Source of the DNA: an uncultured delta proteobacterium
Lineage (GTDB): Bacteria; Desulfobacterota; Binatia; UBA9968
Length of the DNA stretch: 64,000 nucleotides
Assembly (NCBI GenBank): GCA_963727625.1
Contig: CAVSHR010000004.1
Location: forward strand, 1,280,001 to 1,344,000
Reading direction: 5' to 3'
Part shown: piece by piece, positions 59,840 to 64,000 of the stretch
How positions within the stretch are numbered: position 1 is the stretch's first letter
Layout: the number at the start of each line of letters is the position of its first letter
Made by a program: the position numbers and the translations under genes
Notes under the pieces: generated by a model
The model's database searches: none
What the model was told of the DNA's origin: nothing
The model's input: only the letters and a program-made list of their open reading frames with translations

Positions 59840-61585
59840 CTATGACTGCGGCATCAGTTGGCGCCGCCCGAACCACCAAAAGATCAAGATCAGCGGCGTG
59901 AGCACGGCCGTCATCAGCAATGTCACAGCAGCCGCTTGATTGATCGCTCCGGAGAACCAATAGCTCCAGATGACAGCAGGCAAAGTGATGCTCTCCTGGC
60001 TGATGAGAAACACCGCGACCGTGAGCTCGCGATACACGAGGATCGCTGACCAGATCCAGACCGACATTAGCGTCGGCCGCAGTAAAGGCACGAGAATCCG
60101 CCAGGAAGTCCGCACCGGCGATAAACCCGAGGTGTAAGCCGCCTCTTCAAGTTCCTTGTGGATTTGCAAAAGCGAGCTGTTGAGCGCGCGGGTGGCGAAT
60201 GCCAGTCGAGCGATTACATACACGATGGCGATCAGCCACACCGAGCCGTAGAGCGGAATAAATTTCGGCAGCACAAAAAGCGCCAGCAACAACGCTCCGA
60301 TGGCCATGATCACTTCCGGCAGCGCATGGGGCAGAAACGCGCCAAATTCGAGCAAGTAGCGCAGGCGGCTGCGCGAGCGCACGATCAGCCAGGAAATGCT
60401 GAAAGAAACGACCAAAGTGATCACCGGTACGGTAATCACTAGCAACGCGGTGTTGTAAAAGCCGCGCCAGAACAGATCCCAGTTTAGATTGTAAAAACCG
60501 GCGAGGGACATCTTGCCCAGCATTTCATAGGACGGCGGTGCTAGATAAGGCGTGAACGCAGCATAGGCGATCAGCAACAGCGGAATTAACTTGGTGGCCA
60601 GAAAATACAGCGCGATAAAGATCCAGGCGGCGATTGACCAGCGGCCGAGGTCAATGAGCGCGGGGCGGTAGCCCTTCCCCGTGACCACTTCGTAGCGATG
60701 CCCCTGGCGCAATACCTGGCTGTACCACCAGGTGAGCACCAGCGCCAAAAGAATCATTACCGTGCCCAAGGCGGCGGTAACGCCATGCTGCGGCAGGCCG
60801 CTATCCGGCGGATTGGCCTTCAGATAAACGTAGGTGCTGAGCATGTAAATACGGTTGCCCAAGCCGATGATCGCCGGCACGTCGAAGGTCGCGATGCCGA
60901 TGGTCAGCATGTAGATGAACGCCGCGAGAATGGCCGGGAACGCCAGCGGCAAAGTGACCCGGCGCAGAGTACCAATGAAGCTCAAGCCGTGAATCTTCGC
61001 CGCCTCTTCAAGGGAAGGATTCATGGCGCGAAACATCTGCGCGGTTAAGATGAAAGCGAGCGCCGTTAGGTTTAGCCCCTGCACGAAGCCCATGCCCACC
61101 GGAGTGGCGATATTGATCGGTCCGCTCTCGAATCCGAAAGCATCCATGAGCCAGCGATTCAAAAAACCGATGCGCACATGTGCGATGAAAGTCCAGCCCA
61201 TCGCCGTATAAATTCCCGGGATCAATAGCCCCAGGGTCATGATCGTATAGACCAGTCCCTTGCCCGGCAGGGTGCTCCGTTCGGCCAACCAGGCGATTGG
61301 CAGTCCGATTGCCAGCGCGGTAAAAGTCGTCGACAGAGTAAAGATCACGGTGTTCCAGACGACTGTGAGCACGAACGGATCGCCGAGGATTTCCATGTAG
61401 TTATTTAACGTGTAGGTCGCGTGCGCGGTGCCAACGATGCCGGTTTGAAAGCTGATCCACACCAAGGCAGCGACCAAAACGAGGATCACCAACATGGGCA
61501 CCATGGCAAGCGCCAGTAACAGTGGCGAAGTGCGCAAGCGGATCGCGAAGGAACGAGGCATTCTCAGAACGGCTTCCATAGGCAA
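59840..61585 (-). CDS. ABC transporter permease, FbpB-type fused double domain
   Basis: Two EAA motifs (LEEAAKIHG, LEEAAYTSG). Confidence 0.9.
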   Translation of the reverse strand: MPMEAVLRMPRSFAIRLRTSPLLLALAMVPMLVILVLVAALVWISFQTGIVGTAHATYTLNNYMEILGDPFVLTVVWNTVIFTLSTTFTALAIGLPIAWLAERSTLPGKGLVYTIMTLGLLIPGIYTAMGWTFIAHVRIGFLNRWLMDAFGFESGPINIATPVGMGFVQGLNLTALAFILTAQMFRAMNPSLEEAAKIHGLSFIGTLRRVTLPLAFPAILAAFIYMLTIGIATFDVPAIIGLGNRIYMLSTYVYLKANPPDSGLPQHGVTAALGTVMILLALVLTWWYSQVLRQGHRYEVVTGKGYRPALIDLGRWSIAAWIFIALYFLATKLIPLLLIAYAAFTPYLAPPSYEMLGKMSLAGFYNLNWDLFWRGFYNTALLVITVPVITLVVSFSISWLIVRSRSRLRYLLEFGAFLPHALPEVIMAIGALLLALFVLPKFIPLYGSVWLIAIVYVIARLAFATRALNSSLLQIHKELEEAAYTSGLSPVRTSWRILVPLLRPTLMSVWIWSAILVYRELTVAVFLISQESITLPAVIWSYWFSGAINQAAAVTLLMTAVLTPLILIFWWFGRRQLMPQS

Positions 61586-61685
61586 CCTTTCAGACTTCCC
61601 AACCCCAAGCTAAGCGCCTTTCGATTAGTCTTAAGTCGATCATTCTTCGATTCATTGTTCCCGAGGACCGGAGCATGGCCGTGCC

Positions 61686-62810
61686 TTACCCGGTGGCCTG
61701 TATTTTTGGCTGTACCGACAGTAGTTGATTAGTAACCTCGGAGCGCGGAAACACCATCAGATCCGCAGGTCGGACGATCAACTGGAGCTGGCGGTCGCCG
61801 CGCGTCGGCAGGATGCGGCTTTTGCCGACGAGCACCTGATCTTGGATAACCGCCTCGTAAACAAATTGATCGCCGAGAAAAGTGCTGGAGCGGAGCGTCG
61901 CGGCAATACAGTTTTGCCCCGCGACGCTGGCGTGGTCGGCGATCTCCAAACATTCAGGTCTAAAGCCCACCAGCACTTCGGCGCCGAGCTCGCCCCGGAC
62001 GCAGACTTCGAAACCACCGATCCCAGTCTCAACGAAGTTGGCGGCGACACGCTTGCCGGAGAGCCAATTGACCGCCCCGAAAAAGTCAGCGACCTCCGGA
62101 CAGTTGGGTTCACGGTACAGCTCCATCGATTCACCGTACTGCAACAATCTGCCCAAGCTCATCACGGCAATCTTGTCAGCCATCGCCATGGCCTCGACCT
62201 GGTCGTGGGTGACATAGAGGACCGTCGCGCCCAATTGTTTGGCGAGCTCGCGGATCTTGCCACGCACTTCTTCCCGCAGACGAGCGTCGAGATTGCTGAG
62301 CGGCTCATCCATCAGCAGCACTCGGGGATTGACCGCGATCGCTCGCGCCAGTGCCACCCGCTGTTGTTGACCGCCGCTCAGGAGCGTAGAGGAGCGATCC
62401 TTTTGCTCGTCGAGCTGCACCATGCGGAGCGCTTCCTGCACCCGTTGATTGACTTCGCGGCGGGGAATTTTTTGCGCGCCTTCGCGCAGCGGCAAGGCAA
62501 CGTTCTCAAACACCGTCAGATGGGGCCAAACTGCATAGGATTGAAAGACCATGCCGAACCTGCGTTCCTGAGGTGAGACCCAAGTGGGCGGAGCGTCACA
62601 AAATACTGTTTTCCCGGCAATGCGGATTTCGCCCTTGTCCGGCGACTCCAGCCCGGCAACGCAGCGCAGCAGAGTCGTCTTGCCTGAGCCGCTGGCACCG
62701 ACGATGACAAAAAAGTCGCCTTCTGAAACTTCTAAATCGAGGCTCTTGAGAGCCGCGACTGTTCCATTGGTAACAATAAATTCTTTGCAGAGCTTGCGGA
62801 TGGAGATCAT
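61686..62810 (-). CDS. ABC transporter ATP-binding protein (FbpC/PotA-type, TOBE domain)
   Basis: GASGSGKTT, LSGGQQQR, LMDEPLSNLD, YVTHDQ. Confidence 0.93.
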   Translation of the reverse strand: MISIRKLCKEFIVTNGTVAALKSLDLEVSEGDFFVIVGASGSGKTTLLRCVAGLESPDKGEIRIAGKTVFCDAPPTWVSPQERRFGMVFQSYAVWPHLTVFENVALPLREGAQKIPRREVNQRVQEALRMVQLDEQKDRSSTLLSGGQQQRVALARAIAVNPRVLLMDEPLSNLDARLREEVRGKIRELAKQLGATVLYVTHDQVEAMAMADKIAVMSLGRLLQYGESMELYREPNCPEVADFFGAVNWLSGKRVAANFVETGIGGFEVCVRGELGAEVLVGFRPECLEIADHASVAGQNCIAATLRSSTFLGDQFVYEAVIQDQVLVGKSRILPTRGDRQLQLIVRPADLMVFPRSEVTNQLLSVQPKIQATG

Positions 62811-63180
62811 CTCGGCCTACCCCGCTTACCTAAAGACAAGCAAATTATTCGATTCGCTGGAAATTCAAACGGCCCTTTCACACTCCGGCCATAAACTATC
62901 CGAACCAAAGCATAACTACCCATTCACGGAACTTGAGTCAAACGAATTCGCGGGCTTGGGCAACCACCGCAATCCGACCGGCGCCGACGTTTTTTATGCT
63001 CGTGAGGTCGGATCGTTTTGATCCATCGGCCACTTTCCGGCGACTGGAGCAAAAAAGCCGTTCCTGATATAGAGAGATCACTTAAATTTGTTTCAGTCAG
63101 CTCGCCGCGTTTTGATGCACCCGGAAGTCGTCTTAATCGAGCGCTTTGATGAGCTACAAAATCGGCAAGAAAGGACTTCA

Positions 63181-63828
63181 ATGGAAACCGAGCAGCTGTT
63201 AGACGTCATCCGCAGACGAAGAAGCGTGCGGGTTTATAAAAAAGGCAAAGTCAGCGACGAGCAATTGCAGATCATATTAGAAGCGGCGCGTTGGGCCCCT
63301 TCCGGGGCGAACACTCAGCCCTGGGAATTTGTCCTGACGCGCGATCAGGCAAAGATGAAGAAAGTGCGTGAAATCTACGCCAGAGAATGGAAACAACGCA
63401 AGCTTGAAGACCCCGTGCACTATAAAGGATTAAAAAAAGACTACGTTGGCGACGTCAGCGCACTCGTGCTGGTGTGCGGCGACGCCCGGACCAAACAGGT
63501 CTATCTAACGACGCGCCAGCCGGCGGACCGCGAAAAACTTTTTCAAGCGAGCGTCGCCAATGCGGTGGAGCAAATGATGCTCGCCGCGGCGAGTATGAGG
63601 TTGGGCACGGTTTGGGTGTCGGTTCGACAGGAAGTAGAGCCTGACTTAAGAGAGCTGTTCAAAGTGCCCAACGAGCTCCGGCTTCTATGGGTGATGCCGA
63701 TCGGCCATGCGAGCAGTTGGCCGAAAGCCAAGCCGAGACGCAGTGTCGCCGCTTTCACCCATTGGGAGAGCTACGATTCCACAAAACTTCGGCCCGCCTC
63801 CGAGATTCACGCCTGGCCCAAAAATTGA
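63181..63828 (+). CDS. Nitroreductase family protein
   Basis: RRRSVR, AARWAPSGANTQPWEFV, MMLAA...LGTVW. Confidence 0.9.
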   Translation: METEQLLDVIRRRRSVRVYKKGKVSDEQLQIILEAARWAPSGANTQPWEFVLTRDQAKMKKVREIYAREWKQRKLEDPVHYKGLKKDYVGDVSALVLVCGDARTKQVYLTTRQPADREKLFQASVANAVEQMMLAAASMRLGTVWVSVRQEVEPDLRELFKVPNELRLLWVMPIGHASSWPKAKPRRSVAAFTHWESYDSTKLRPASEIHAWPKN

Positions 63829-64000
63829 GCTAGGATTCGGTGATTTCGTATTTTTCGTGGTGCAGCTCTTGGCTTGCCTTGATGATGATCCGGTGGTTAA
63901 TCTCGCGTTCTAGATTTTCCAGGCTATGGTTTCTTTCGTCGTAAAGAAAGTTTGCCACATCGGGATGGAGCCGTACCACGATATTCTTGTCATCTTCAGT

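Overview
This ~64 kb, GC-rich (roughly 55-60% by eye) window is chromosomal DNA, dense in catabolic enzymes and transporters. It holds five amidohydrolase-2 genes, six MFS transporters, three VOC proteins, ABC systems, an FAD monooxygenase, a molybdopterin hydroxylase large subunit, tandem MetE-like proteins, a cysteine dioxygenase and a multi-rhodanese. Gene style and paralog expansion suggest Candidatus Binatia/Binatota (inference only). I saw no rRNA, tRNA, CRISPR array, integrase or IS transposase. The main structure outside the ORF track is: (i) a ~450 bp GIY-YIG nuclease element bounded by inverted REP-like palindromes, with nuclease-less copies elsewhere; (ii) a lone integron attC site behind a decayed truncated-haemoglobin gene, within a stack of co-oriented gene 3' ends; (iii) repeated decayed 3' ends of paralogs and two internally deleted binding-protein genes; (iv) intergenic 9-mer and 7-mer repeat arrays, some as inverted arms; (v) a CX8CX2C radical SAM + O-methyltransferase pair; (vi) an unannotated promoter-RBS-small ORF-terminator unit; (vii) a MerR-type promoter upstream of an EmrAB pump. 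Three otherwise intact genes carry single frameshifts, which may be assembly errors. All family calls come from motif recognition, not database searches.
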